Origin: Eledone cirrhosa
Taxonomy: Eukaryota
Length of the DNA stretch: 64,000 nucleotides
Reading direction: 5' to 3'
NCBI GenBank assembly: GCA_964016885.1
Contig: OZ024743.1
Span: 234,608,001-234,672,000, forward strand
The position numbers were made by a program, and so were the translations under genes. The notes beneath the pieces were generated by a model, which was not told the DNA's origin, searched no databases, and saw only the letters and a list, made by a program, of their open reading frames with translations. Numbering within the stretch: position 1 is the stretch's first letter; each line of letters opens with the position of its first letter. Of this stretch, positions 12,901-27,900 are shown in pieces.

Positions 12901-15900
12901 ATGATTTTTAGAGAAAAGATATGATATATAGATATGATATATAATGGTGAAAATATGATATAGTGTGAAATTAGGACATAGAAGTGATTGAATGAATGGG
13001 TTCGGATGGAGAGAAGGATCGAGAAAGAAATTGGGCATAATTTAACAATAAACGAAAATACAAGATTTGTTTTGTTTAAGAAATTACGATAGCGAGAATG
13101 TAAGGATTAAGATAAGATCGCCGTATTTTGGGCATGATTTAACAATAAACGAAAATACAAGATTTGTTTTGTTTAAGAAATTGCGATAGAGAAAATGCGG
13201 TGGTAGGGGAAGTATGATTTTTAGAGAAAAGATATGATATATAATGGTGAAAATATGATATAGTGTGAAATTAGGACATAGAAGTGATTGAATGAATGGG
13301 TTCGGATGGAGAGAAGGATCGAGAAAGAAATTGGGCATAATTTAACAATAAACGAAAATACAAGATTTGTTTTGTTTAAGAAATTACGATAGAGAAAATG
13401 CGGTGGTAGGGGAAGTATGATTTTTAGAGAAAAGATATGATATATAGATATGATATATAATGGTGAAAATATGATATAGTGTGAAATTAGGACATAGAAG
13501 TGATTGAATGAATGGGTTCGGATGGAGAGAAGGATCGAGAAAGAAATTGGGCATAATTTAACAATAAACGAAAATACAAGATTTGTTTTGTTTAAGAAAT
13601 TACGATAGAGAAAATGCGGTGGTAGGGGAAGTATGATTTTTAGAGAAAAGATATGATATATAGATATGATATATAATGGTGAAAATATGATATAGTGTGA
13701 AATTAGGACATAGAAGTGATTGAATGAATGGGTTCGGATGGAGAGAAGGATCGAGAAAGAAATTGGGCATAATTTAACAATAAACGAAAATACAAGATTT
13801 GTTTTGTTTAAGAAATTACGATAGCGAGAATGTAAGGATTAAGATAAGATCGCCGTATTTTGGGCATGATTTAACAATAAACGAAAATACAAGATTTGTT
13901 TTGTTTAAGAAATTGCGATAGAGAAAATGCGGTGGTAGGGGAAGTATGATTTTTAGAGAAAAGATATGATATATAATGGTGAAAATATGATATAGTGTGA
14001 AATTAGGACATAGAAGTGATTGAATGAATGGGTTCGGATGGAGAGAAGGATCGAGAAAGAAATTGGGCATAATTTAACAATAAACGAAAATACAAGATTT
14101 GTTTTGTTTAAGAAATTACGATAGAGAAAATGCGGTGGTAGGGGAAGTATGATTTTTAGAGAAAAGATATGATATATAGATATGATATATAATGGTGAAA
14201 ATATGATATAGTGTGAAATTAGGACATAGAAGTGATTGAATGAATGGGTTCGGATGGAGAGAAGGATCGAGAAAGAAATTGGGCATAATTTAACAATAAA
14301 CGAAAATACAAGATTTGTTTTGTTTAAGAAATTACGATAGCGAGAATGTAAGGATTAAGATAAGATCGCCGTATTTTGGGCATGATTTAACAATAAACGA
14401 AAATACAAGATTTGTTTTGTTTAAGAAATTGCGATAGAGAAAATGCGGTGGTAGGGGAAGTATGATTTTTAGAGAAAAGATATGATATATAATGGTGAAA
14501 ATATGATATAGTGTGAAATTAGGACATAGAAGTGATTGAATGAATGGGTTCGGATGGAGAGAAGGATCGAGAAAGAAATTGGGCATAATTTAACAATAAA
14601 CGAAAATACAAGATTTGTTTTGTTTAAGAAATTACGATAGAGAAAATGCGGTGGTAGGGGAAGTATGATTTTTAGAGAAAAGATATGATATATAGATATG
14701 ATATATAATGGTGAAAATATGATATAGTGTGAAATTAGGACATAGAAGTGATTGAATGAATGGGTTCGGATGGAGAGAAGGATCGAGAAAGAAATTGGGC
14801 ATAATTTAACAATAAACGAAAATACAAGATTTGTTTTGTTTAAGAAATTACGATAGCGAGAATGTAAGGATTAAGATAAGATCGCCGTATTTTGGGCATG
14901 ATTTAACAATAAACGAAAATACAAGATTTGTTTTGTTTAAGAAATTGCGATAGAGAAAATGCGGTGGTAGGGGAAGTATGATTTTTAGAGAAAAGATATG
15001 ATATATAATGGTGAAAATATGATATAGTGTGAAATTAGGACATAGAAGTGATTGAATGAATGGGTTCGGATGGAGAGAAGGATCGAGAAAGAAATTGGGC
15101 ATAATTTAACAATAAACGAAAATACAAGATTTGTTTTGTTTAAGAAATTACGATAGAGAAAATGCGGTGGTAGGGGAAGTATGATTTTTAGAGAAAAGAT
15201 ATGATATATAGATATGATATATAATGGTGAAAATATGATATAGTGTGAAATTAGGACATAGAAGTGATTGAATGAATGGGTTCGGATGGAGAGAAGGATC
15301 GAGAAAGAAATTGGGCATAATTTAACAATAAACGAAAATACAAGATTTGTTTTGTTTAAGAAATTACGATAGCGAGAATGTAAGGATTAAGATAAGATCG
15401 CCGTATTTTGGGCATGATTTAACAATAAACGAAAATACAAGATTTGTTTTGTTTAAGAAATTGCGATAGAGAAAATGCGGTGGTAGGGGAAGTATGATTT
15501 TTAGAGAAAAGATATGATATATAATGGTGAAAATATGATATAGTGTGAAATTAGGACATAGAAGTGATTGAATGAATGGGTTCGGATGGAGAGAAGGATC
15601 GAGAAAGAAATTGGGCATAATTTAACAATAAACGAAAATACAAGATTTGTTTTGTTTAAGAAATTACGATAGAGAAAATGCGGTGGTAGGGGAAGTATGA
15701 TTTTTAGAGAAAAGATATGATATATAGATATGATATATAATGGTGAAAATATGATATAGTGTGAAATTAGGACATAGAAGTGATTGAATGAATGGGTTCG
15801 GATGGAGAGAAGGATCGAGAAAGAAATTGGGCATAATTTAACAATAAACGAAAATACAAGATTTGTTTTGTTTAAGAAATTACGATAGAGAAAATGCGGT

Positions 15901-18900
15901 GGTAGGGGAAGTATGATTTTTAGAGAAAAGATATGATATATAGATATGATATATAATGGTGAAAATATGATATAGTGTGAAATTAGGACATAGAAGTGAT
16001 TGAATGAATGGGTTCGGATGGAGAGAAGGATCGAGAAAGAAATTGGGCATAATTTAACAATAAACGAAAATACAAGATTTGTTTTGTTTAAGAAATTACG
16101 ATAGCGAGAATGTAAGGATTAAGATAAGATCGCCGTATTTTGGGCATGATTTAACAATAAACGAAAATACAAGATTTGTTTTGTTTAAGAAATTGCGATA
16201 GAGAAAATGCGGTGGTAGGGGAAGTATGATTTTTAGAGAAAAGATATGATATATAATGGTGAAAATATGATATAGTGTGAAATTAGGACATAGAAGTGAT
16301 TGAATGAATGGGTTCGGATGGAGAGAAGGATCGAGAAAGAAATTGGGCATAATTTAACAATAAACGAAAATACAAGATTTGTTTTGTTTAAGAAATTACG
16401 ATAGAGAAAATGCGGTGGTAGGGGAAGTATGATTTTTAGAGAAAAGATATGATATATAGATATGATATATAATGGTGAAAATATGATATAGTGTGAAATT
16501 AGGACATAGAAGTGATTGAATGAATGGGTTCGGATGGAGAGAAGGATCGAGAAAGAAATTGGGCATAATTTAACAATAAACGAAAATACAAGATTTGTTT
16601 TGTTTAAGAAATTACGATAGCGAGAATGTAAGGATTAAGATAAGATCGCCGTATTTTGGGCATGATTTAACAATAAACGAAAATACAAGATTTGTTTTGT
16701 TTAAGAAATTGCGATAGAGAAAATGCGGTGGTAGGGGAAGTATGATTTTTAGAGAAAAGATATGATATATAATGGTGAAAATATGATATAGTGTGAAATT
16801 AGGACATAGAAGTGATTGAATGAATGGGTTCGGATGGAGAGAAGGATCGAGAAAGAAATTGGGCATAATTTAACAATAAACGAAAATACAAGATTTGTTT
16901 TGTTTAAGAAATTACGATAGAGAAAATGCGGTGGTAGGGGAAGTATGATTTTTAGAGAAAAGATATGATATATAGATATGATATATAATGGTGAAAATAT
17001 GATATAGTGTGAAATTAGGACATAGAAGTGATTGAATGAATGGGTTCGGATGGAGAGAAGGATCGAGAAAGAAATTGGGCATAATTTAACAATAAACGAA
17101 AATACAAGATTTGTTTTGTTTAAGAAATTACGATAGCGAGAATGTAAGGATTAAGATAAGATCGCCGTATTTTGGGCATGATTTAACAATAAACGAAAAT
17201 ACAAGATTTGTTTTGTTTAAGAAATTGCGATAGAGAAAATGCGGTGGTAGGGGAAGTATGATTTTTAGAGAAAAGATATGATATATAATGGTGAAAATAT
17301 GATATAGTGTGAAATTAGGACATAGAAGTGATTGAATGAATGGGTTCGGATGGAGAGAAGGATCGAGAAAGAAATTGGGCATAATTTAACAATAAACGAA
17401 AATACAAGATTTGTTTTGTTTAAGAAATTACGATAGAGAAAATGCGGTGGTAGGGGAAGTATGATTTTTAGAGAAAAGATATGATATATAGATATGATAT
17501 ATAATGGTGAAAATATGATATAGTGTGAAATTAGGACATAGAAGTGATTGAATGAATGGGTTCGGATGGAGAGAAGGATCGAGAAAGAAATTGGGCATAA
17601 TTTAACAATAAACGAAAATACAAGATTTGTTTTGTTTAAGAAATTACGATAGAGAAAATGCGGTGGTAGGGGAAGTATGATTTTTAGAGAAAAGATATGA
17701 TATATAGATATGATATATAATGGTGAAAATATGATATAGTGTGAAATTAGGACATAGAAGTGATTGAATGAATGGGTTCGGATGGAGAGAAGGATCGAGA
17801 AAGAAATTGGGCATAATTTAACAATAAACGAAAATACAAGATTTGTTTTGTTTAAGAAATTACGATAGCGAGAATGTAAGGATTAAGATAAGATCGCCGT
17901 ATTTTGGGCATGATTTAACAATAAACGAAAATACAAGATTTGTTTTGTTTAAGAAATTGCGATAGAGAAAATGCGGTGGTAGGGGAAGTATGATTTTTAG
18001 AGAAAAGATATGATATATAATGGTGAAAATATGATATAGTGTGAAATTAGGACATAGAAGTGATTGAATGAATGGGTTCGGATGGAGAGAAGGATCGAGA
18101 AAGAAATTGGGCATAATTTAACAATAAACGAAAATACAAGATTTGTTTTGTTTAAGAAATTACGATAGAGAAAATGCGGTGGTAGGGGAAGTATGATTTT
18201 TAGAGAAAAGATATGATATATAGATATGATATATAATGGTGAAAATATGATATAGTGTGAAATTAGGACATAGAAGTGATTGAATGAATGGGTTCGGATG
18301 GAGAGAAGGATCGAGAAAGAAATTGGGCATAATTTAACAATAAACGAAAATACAAGATTTGTTTTGTTTAAGAAATTACGATAGCGAGAATGTAAGGATT
18401 AAGATAAGATCGCCGTATTTTGGGCATGATTTAACAATAAACGAAAATACAAGATTTGTTTTGTTTAAGAAATTGCGATAGAGAAAATGCGGTGGTAGGG
18501 GAAGTATGATTTTTAGAGAAAAGATATGATATATAATGGTGAAAATATGATATAGTGTGAAATTAGGACATAGAAGTGATTGAATGAATGGGTTCGGATG
18601 GAGAGAAGGATCGAGAAAGAAATTGGGCATAATTTAACAATAAACGAAAATACAAGATTTGTTTTGTTTAAGAAATTACGATAGAGAAAATGCGGTGGTA
18701 GGGGAAGTATGATTTTTAGAGAAAAGATATGATATATAGATATGATATATAATGGTGAAAATATGATATAGTGTGAAATTAGGACATAGAAGTGATTGAA
18801 TGAATGGGTTCGGATGGAGAGAAGGATCGAGAAAGAAATTGGGCATAATTTAACAATAAACGAAAATACAAGATTTGTTTTGTTTAAGAAATTACGATAG

Positions 18901-21900
18901 CGAGAATGTAAGGATTAAGATAAGATCGCCGTATTTTGGGCCTGATTTAACAATAAACGAAAATACAAGATTTGTTTTGTTTAAGAAATTGCGATAGAGA
19001 AAATGCGGTGGTAGGGGAAGTATGATTTTTAGAGAAAAGATATGATATATAATGGTGAAAATATGATATAGTGTGAAATTAGGACATAGAAGTGATTGAA
19101 TGAATGGGTTCGGATGGAGAGAAGGATCGAGAAAGAAATTGGGCATAATTTAACAATAAACGAAAATACAAGATTTGTTTTGTTTAAGAAATTACGATAG
19201 AGAAAATGCGGTGGTAGGGGAAGTATGATTTTTAGAGAAAAGATATGATATATAGATATGATATATAATGGTGAAAATATGATATAGTGTGAAATTAGGA
19301 CATAGAAGTGATTGAATGAATGGGTTCGGATGGAGAGAAGGATCGAGAAAGAAATTGGGCATAATTTAACAATAAACGAAAATACAAGATTTGTTTTGTT
19401 TAAGAAATTACGATAGCGAGAATGTAAGGATTAAGATAAGATCGCCGTATTTTGGGCATGATTTAACAATAAACGAAAATACAAGATTTGTTTTGTTTAA
19501 GAAATTGCGATAGAGAAAATGCGGTGGTAGGGGAAGTATGATTTTTAGAGAAAAGATATGATATATAATGGTGAAAATATGATATAGTGTGAAATTAGGA
19601 CATAGAAGTGATTGAATGAATGGGTTCGGATGGAGAGAAGGATCGAGAAAGAAATTGGGCATAATTTAACAATAAACGAAAATACAAGATTTGTTTTGTT
19701 TAAGAAATTACGATAGAGAAAATGCGGTGGTAGGGGAAGTATGATTTTTAGAGAAAAGATATGATATATAGATATGATATATAATGGTGAAAATATGATA
19801 TAGTGTGAAATTAGGACATAGAAGTGATTGAATGAATGGGTTCGGATGGAGAGAAGGATCGAGAAAGAAATTGGGCATAATTTAACAATAAACGAAAATA
19901 CAAGATTTGTTTTGTTTAAGAAATTACGATAGAGAAAATGCGGTGGTAGGGGAAGTATGATTTTTAGAGAAAAGATATGATATATAGATATGATATATAA
20001 TGGTGAAAATATGATATAGTGTGAAATTAGGACATAGAAGTGATTGAATGAATGGGTTCGGATGGAGAGAAGGATCGAGAAAGAAATTGGGCATAATTTA
20101 ACAATAAACGAAAATACAAGATTTGTTTTGTTTAAGAAATTACGATAGCGAGAATGTAAGGATTAAGATAAGATCGCCGTATTTTGGGCATGATTTAACA
20201 ATAAACGAAAATACAAGATTTGTTTTGTTTAAGAAATTGCGATAGAGAAAATGCGGTGGTAGGGGAAGTATGATTTTTAGAGAAAAGATATGATATATAA
20301 TGGTGAAAATATGATATAGTGTGAAATTAGGACATAGAAGTGATTGAATGAATGGGTTCGGATGGAGAGAAGGATCGAGAAAGAAATTGGGCATAATTTA
20401 ACAATAAACGAAAATACAAGATTTGTTTTGTTTAAGAAATTACGATAGAGAAAATGCGGTGGTAGGGGAAGTATGATTTTTAGAGAAAAGATATGATATA
20501 TAGATATGATATATAATGGTGAAAATATGATATAGTGTGAAATTAGGACATAGAAGTGATTGAATGAATGGGTTCGGATGGAGAGAAGGATCGAGAAAGA
20601 AATTGGGCATAATTTAACAATAAACGAAAATACAAGATTTGTTTTGTTTAAGAAATTACGATAGCGAGAATGTAAGGATTAAGATAAGATCGCCGTATTT
20701 TGGGCATGATTTAACAATAAACGAAAATACAAGATTTGTTTTGTTTAAGAAATTGCGATAGAGAAAATGCGGTGGTAGGGGAAGTATGATTTTTAGAGAA
20801 AAGATATGATATATAATGGTGAAAATATGATATAGTGTGAAATTAGGACATAGAAGTGATTGAATGAATGGGTTCGGATGGAGAGAAGGATCGAGAAAGA
20901 AATTGGGCATAATTTAACAATAAACGAAAATACAAGATTTGTTTTGTTTAAGAAATTACGATAGAGAAAATGCGGTGGTAGGGGAAGTATGATTTTTAGA
21001 GAAAAGATATGATATATAGATATGATATATAATGGTGAAAATATGATATAGTGTGAAATTAGGACATAGAAGTGATTGAATGAATGGGTTCGGATGGAGA
21101 GAAGGATCGAGAAAGAAATTGGGCATAATTTAACAATAAACGAAAATACAAGATTTGTTTTGTTTAAGAAATTACGATAGCGAGAATGTAAGGATTAAGA
21201 TAAGATCGCCGTATTTTGGGCATGATTTAACAATAAACGAAAATACAAGATTTGTTTTGTTTAAGAAATTGCGATAGAGAAAATGCGGTGGTAGGGGAAG
21301 TATGATTTTTAGAGAAAAGATATGATATATAATGGTGAAAATATGATATAGTGTGAAATTAGGACATAGAAGTGATTGAATGAATGGGTTCGGATGGAGA
21401 GAAGGATCGAGAAAGAAATTGGGCATAATTTAACAATAAACGAAAATACAAGATTTGTTTTGTTTAAGAAATTACGATAGAGAAAATGCGGTGGTAGGGG
21501 AAGTATGATTTTTAGAGAAAAGATATGATATATAGATATGATATATAATGGTGAAAATATGATATAGTGTGAAATTAGGACATAGAAGTGATTGAATGAA
21601 TGGGTTCGGATGGAGAGAAGGATCGAGAAAGAAATTGGGCATAATTTAACAATAAACGAAAATACAAGATTTGTTTTGTTTAAGAAATTACGATAGCGAG
21701 AATGTAAGGATTAAGATAAGATCGCCGTATTTTGGGCATGATTTAACAATAAACGAAAATACAAGATTTGTTTTGTTTAAGAAATTGCGATAGAGAAAAT
21801 GCGGTGGTAGGGGAAGTATGATTTTTAGAGAAAAGATATGATATATAATGGTGAAAATATGATATAGTGTGAAATTAGGACATAGAAGTGATTGAATGAA

Positions 21901-24900
21901 TGGGTTCGGATGGAGAGAAGGATCGAGAAAGAAATTGGGCATAATTTAACAATAAACGAAAATACAAGATTTGTTTTGTTTAAGAAATTACGATAGAGAA
22001 AATGCGGTGGTAGGGGAAGTATGATTTTTAGAGAAAAGATATGATATATAGATATGATATATAATGGTGAAAATATGATATAGTGTGAAATTAGGACATA
22101 GAAGTGATTGAATGAATGGGTTCGGATGGAGAGAAGGATCGAGAAAGAAATTGGGCATAATTTAACAATAAACGAAAATACAAGATTTGTTTTGTTTAAG
22201 AAATTACGATAGCGAGAATGTAAGGATTAAGATAAGATCGCCGTATTTTGGGCATGATTTAACAATAAACGAAAATACAAGATTTGTTTTGTTTAAGAAA
22301 TTGCGATAGAGAAAATGCGGTGGTAGGGGAAGTATGATTTTTAGAGAAAAGATATGATATATAATGGTGAAAATATGATATAGTGTGAAATTAGGACATA
22401 GAAGTGATTGAATGAATGGGTTCGGATGGAGAGAAGGATCGAGAAAGAAATTGGGCATAATTTAACAATAAACGAAAATACAAGATTTGTTTTGTTTAAG
22501 AAATTACGATAGAGAAAATGCGGTGGTAGGGGAAGTATGATTTTTAGAGAAAAGATATGATATATAGATATGATATATAATGGTGAAAATATGATATAGT
22601 GTGAAATTAGGACATAGAAGTGATTGAATGAATGGGTTCGGATGGAGAGAAGGATCGAGAAAGAAATTGGGCATAATTTAACAATAAACGAAAATACAAG
22701 ATTTGTTTTGTTTAAGAAATTACGATAGCGAGAATGTAAGGATTAAGATAAGATCGCCGTATTTTGGGCATGATTTAACAATAAACGAAAATACAAGATT
22801 TGTTTTGTTTAAGAAATTGCGATAGAGAAAATGCGGTGGTAGGGGAAGTATGATTTTTAGAGAAAAGATATGATATATAATGGTGAAAATATGATATAGT
22901 GTGAAATTAGGACATAGAAGTGATTGAATGAATGGGTTCGGATGGAGAGAAGGATCGAGAAAGAAATTGGGCATAATTTAACAATAAACGAAAATACAAG
23001 ATTTGTTTTGTTTAAGAAATTACGATAGAGAAAATGCGGTGGTAGGGGAAGTATGATTTTTAGAGAAAAGATATGATATATAGATATGATATATAATGGT
23101 GAAAATATGATATAGTGTGAAATTAGGACATAGAAGTGATTGAATGAATGGGTTCGGATGGAGAGAAGGATCGAGAAAGAAATTGGGCATAATTTAACAA
23201 TAAACGAAAATACAAGATTTGTTTTGTTTAAGAAATTACGATAGAGAAAATGCGGTGGTAGGGGAAGTATGATTTTTAGAGAAAAGATATGATATATAGA
23301 TATGATATATAATGGTGAAAATATGATATAGTGTGAAATTAGGACATAGAAGTGATTGAATGAATGGGTTCGGATGGAGAGAAGGATCGAGAAAGAAATT
23401 GGGCATAATTTAACAATAAACGAAAATACAAGATTTGTTTTGTTTAAGAAATTACGATAGCGAGAATGTAAGGATTAAGATAAGATCGCCGTATTTTGGG
23501 CATGATTTAACAATAAACGAAAATACAAGATTTGTTTTGTTTAAGAAATTGCGATAGAGAAAATGCGGTGGTAGGGGAAGTATGATTTTTAGAGAAAAGA
23601 TATGATATATAATGGTGAAAATATGATATAGTGTGAAATTAGGACATAGAAGTGATTGAATGAATGGGTTCGGATGGAGAGAAGGATCGAGAAAGAAATT
23701 GGGCATAATTTAACAATAAACGAAAATACAAGATTTGTTTTGTTTAAGAAATTACGATAGAGAAAATGCGGTGGTAGGGGAAGTATGATTTTTAGAGAAA
23801 AGATATGATATATAGATATGATATATAATGGTGAAAATATGATATAGTGTGAAATTAGGACATAGAAGTGATTGAATGAATGGGTTCGGATGGAGAGAAG
23901 GATCGAGAAAGAAATTGGGCATAATTTAACAATAAACGAAAATACAAGATTTGTTTTGTTTAAGAAATTACGATAGCGAGAATGTAAGGATTAAGATAAG
24001 ATCGCCGTATTTTGGGCATGATTTAACAATAAACGAAAATACAAGATTTGTTTTGTTTAAGAAATTGCGATAGAGAAAATGCGGTGGTAGGGGAAGTATG
24101 ATTTTTAGAGAAAAGATATGATATATAATGGTGAAAATATGATATAGTGTGAAATTAGGACATAGAAGTGATTGAATGAATGGGTTCGGATGGAGAGAAG
24201 GATCGAGAAAGAAATTGGGCATAATTTAACAATAAACGAAAATACAAGATTTGTTTTGTTTAAGAAATTACGATAGAGAAAATGCGGTGGTAGGGGAAGT
24301 ATGATTTTTAGAGAAAAGATATGATATATAGATATGATATATAATGGTGAAAATATGATATAGTGTGAAATTAGGACATAGAAGTGATTGAATGAATGGG
24401 TTCGGATGGAGAGAAGGATCGAGAAAGAAATTGGGCATAATTTAACAATAAACGAAAATACAAGATTTGTTTTGTTTAAGAAATTACGATAGCGAGAATG
24501 TAAGGATTAAGATAAGATCGCCGTATTTTGGGCATGATTTAACAATAAACGAAAATACAAGATTTGTTTTGTTTAAGAAATTGCGATAGAGAAAATGCGG
24601 TGGTAGGGGAAGTATGATTTTTAGAGAAAAGATATGATATATAATGGTGAAAATATGATATAGTGTGAAATTAGGACATAGAAGTGATTGAATGAATGGG
24701 TTCGGATGGAGAGAAGGATCGAGAAAGAAATTGGGCATAATTTAACAATAAACGAAAATACAAGATTTGTTTTGTTTAAGAAATTACGATAGAGAAAATG
24801 CGGTGGTAGGGGAAGTATGATTTTTAGAGAAAAGATATGATATATAGATATGATATATAATGGTGAAAATATGATATAGTGTGAAATTAGGACATAGAAG

Positions 24901-27900
24901 TGATTGAATGAATGGGTTCGGATGGAGAGAAGGATCGAGAAAGAAATTGGGCATAATTTAACAATAAACGAAAATACAAGATTTGTTTTGTTTAAGAAAT
25001 TACGATAGCGAGAATGTAAGGATTAAGATAAGATCGCCGTATTTTGGGCATGATTTAACAATAAACGAAAATACAAGATTTGTTTTGTTTAAGAAATTGC
25101 GATAGAGAAAATGCGGTGGTAGGGGAAGTATGATTTTTAGAGAAAAGATATGATATATAATGGTGAAAATATGATATAGTGTGAAATTAGGACATAGAAG
25201 TGATTGAATGAATGGGTTCGGATGGAGAGAAGGATCGAGAAAGAAATTGGGCATAATTTAACAATAAACGAAAATACAAGATTTGTTTTGTTTAAGAAAT
25301 TACGATAGAGAAAATGCGGTGGTAGGGGAAGTATGATTTTTAGAGAAAAGATATGATATATAGATATGATATATAATGGTGAAAATATGATATAGTGTGA
25401 AATTAGGACATAGAAGTGATTGAATGAATGGGTTCGGATGGAGAGAAGGATCGAGAAAGAAATTGGGCATAATTTAACAATAAACGAAAATACAAGATTT
25501 GTTTTGTTTAAGAAATTACGATAGCGAGAATGTAAGGATTAAGATAAGATCGCCGTATTTTGGGCATGATTTAACAATAAACGAAAATACAAGATTTGTT
25601 TTGTTTAAGAAATTGCGATAGAGAAAATGCGGTGGTAGGGGAAGTATGATTTTTAGAGAAAAGATATGATATATAATGGTGAAAATATGATATAGTGTGA
25701 AATTAGGACATAGAAGTGATTGAATGAATGGGTTCGGATGGAGAGAAGGATCGAGAAAGAAATTGGGCATAATTTAACAATAAACGAAAATACAAGATTT
25801 GTTTTGTTTAAGAAATTACGATAGAGAAAATGCGGTGGTAGGGGAAGTATGATTTTTAGAGAAAAGATATGATATATAGATATGATATATAATGGTGAAA
25901 ATATGATATAGTGTGAAATTAGGACATAGAAGTGATTGAATGAATGGGTTCGGATGGAGAGAAGGATCGAGAAAGAAATTGGGCATAATTTAACAATAAA
26001 CGAAAATACAAGATTTGTTTTGTTTAAGAAATTACGATAGAGAAAATGCGGTGGTAGGGGAAGTATGATTTTTAGAGAAAAGATATGATATATAGATATG
26101 ATATATAATGGTGAAAATATGATATAGTGTGAAATTAGGACATAGAAGTGATTGAATGAATGGGTTCGGATGGAGAGAAGGATCGAGAAAGAAATTGGGC
26201 ATAATTTAACAATAAACGAAAATACAAGATTTGTTTTGTTTAAGAAATTACGATAGCGAGAATGTAAGGATTAAGATAAGATCGCCGTATTTTGGGCATG
26301 ATTTAACAATAAACGAAAATACAAGATTTGTTTTGTTTAAGAAATTGCGATAGAGAAAATGCGGTGGTAGGGGAAGTATGATTTTTAGAGAAAAGATATG
26401 ATATATAATGGTGAAAATATGATATAGTGTGAAATTAGGACATAGAAGTGATTGAATGAATGGGTTCGGATGGAGAGAAGGATCGAGAAAGAAATTGGGC
26501 ATAATTTAACAATAAACGAAAATACAAGATTTGTTTTGTTTAAGAAATTACGATAGAGAAAATGCGGTGGTAGGGGAAGTATGATTTTTAGAGAAAAGAT
26601 ATGATATATAGATATGATATATAATGGTGAAAATATGATATAGTGTGAAATTAGGACATAGAAGTGATTGAATGAATGGGTTCGGATGGAGAGAAGGATC
26701 GAGAAAGAAATTGGGCATAATTTAACAATAAACGAAAATACAAGATTTGTTTTGTTTAAGAAATTACGATAGCGAGAATGTAAGGATTAAGATAAGATCG
26801 CCGTATTTTGGGCATGATTTAACAATAAACGAAAATACAAGATTTGTTTTGTTTAAGAAATTGCGATAGAGAAAATGCGGTGGTAGGGGAAGTATGATTT
26901 TTAGAGAAAAGATATGATATATAATGGTGAAAATATGATATAGTGTGAAATTAGGACATAGAAGTGATTGAATGAATGGGTTCGGATGGAGAGAAGGATC
27001 GAGAAAGAAATTGGGCATAATTTAACAATAAACGAAAATACAAGATTTGTTTTGTTTAAGAAATTACGATAGAGAAAATGCGGTGGTAGGGGAAGTATGA
27101 TTTTTAGAGAAAAGATATGATATATAGATATGATATATAATGGTGAAAATATGATATAGTGTGAAATTAGGACATAGAAGTGATTGAATGAATGGGTTCG
27201 GATGGAGAGAAGGATCGAGAAAGAAATTGGGCATAATTTAACAATAAACGAAAATACAAGATTTGTTTTGTTTAAGAAATTACGATAGCGAGAATGTAAG
27301 GATTAAGATAAGATCGCCGTATTTTGGGCATGATTTAACAATAAACGAAAATACAAGATTTGTTTTGTTTAAGAAATTGCGATAGAGAAAATGCGGTGGT
27401 AGGGGAAGTATGATTTTTAGAGAAAAGATATGATATATAATGGTGAAAATATGATATAGTGTGAAATTAGGACATAGAAGTGATTGAATGAATGGGTTCG
27501 GATGGAGAGAAGGATCGAGAAAGAAATTGGGCATAATTTAACAATAAACGAAAATACAAGATTTGTTTTGTTTAAGAAATTACGATAGAGAAAATGCGGT
27601 GGTAGGGGAAGTATGATTTTTAGAGAAAAGATATGATATATAGATATGATATATAATGGTGAAAATATGATATAGTGTGAAATTAGGACATAGAAGTGAT
27701 TGAATGAATGGGTTCGGATGGAGAGAAGGATCGAGAAAGAAATTGGGCATAATTTAACAATAAACGAAAATACAAGATTTGTTTTGTTTAAGAAATTACG
27801 ATAGCGAGAATGTAAGGATTAAGATAAGATCGCCGTATTTTGGGCATGATTTAACAATAAACGAAAATACAAGATTTGTTTTGTTTAAGAAATTGCGATA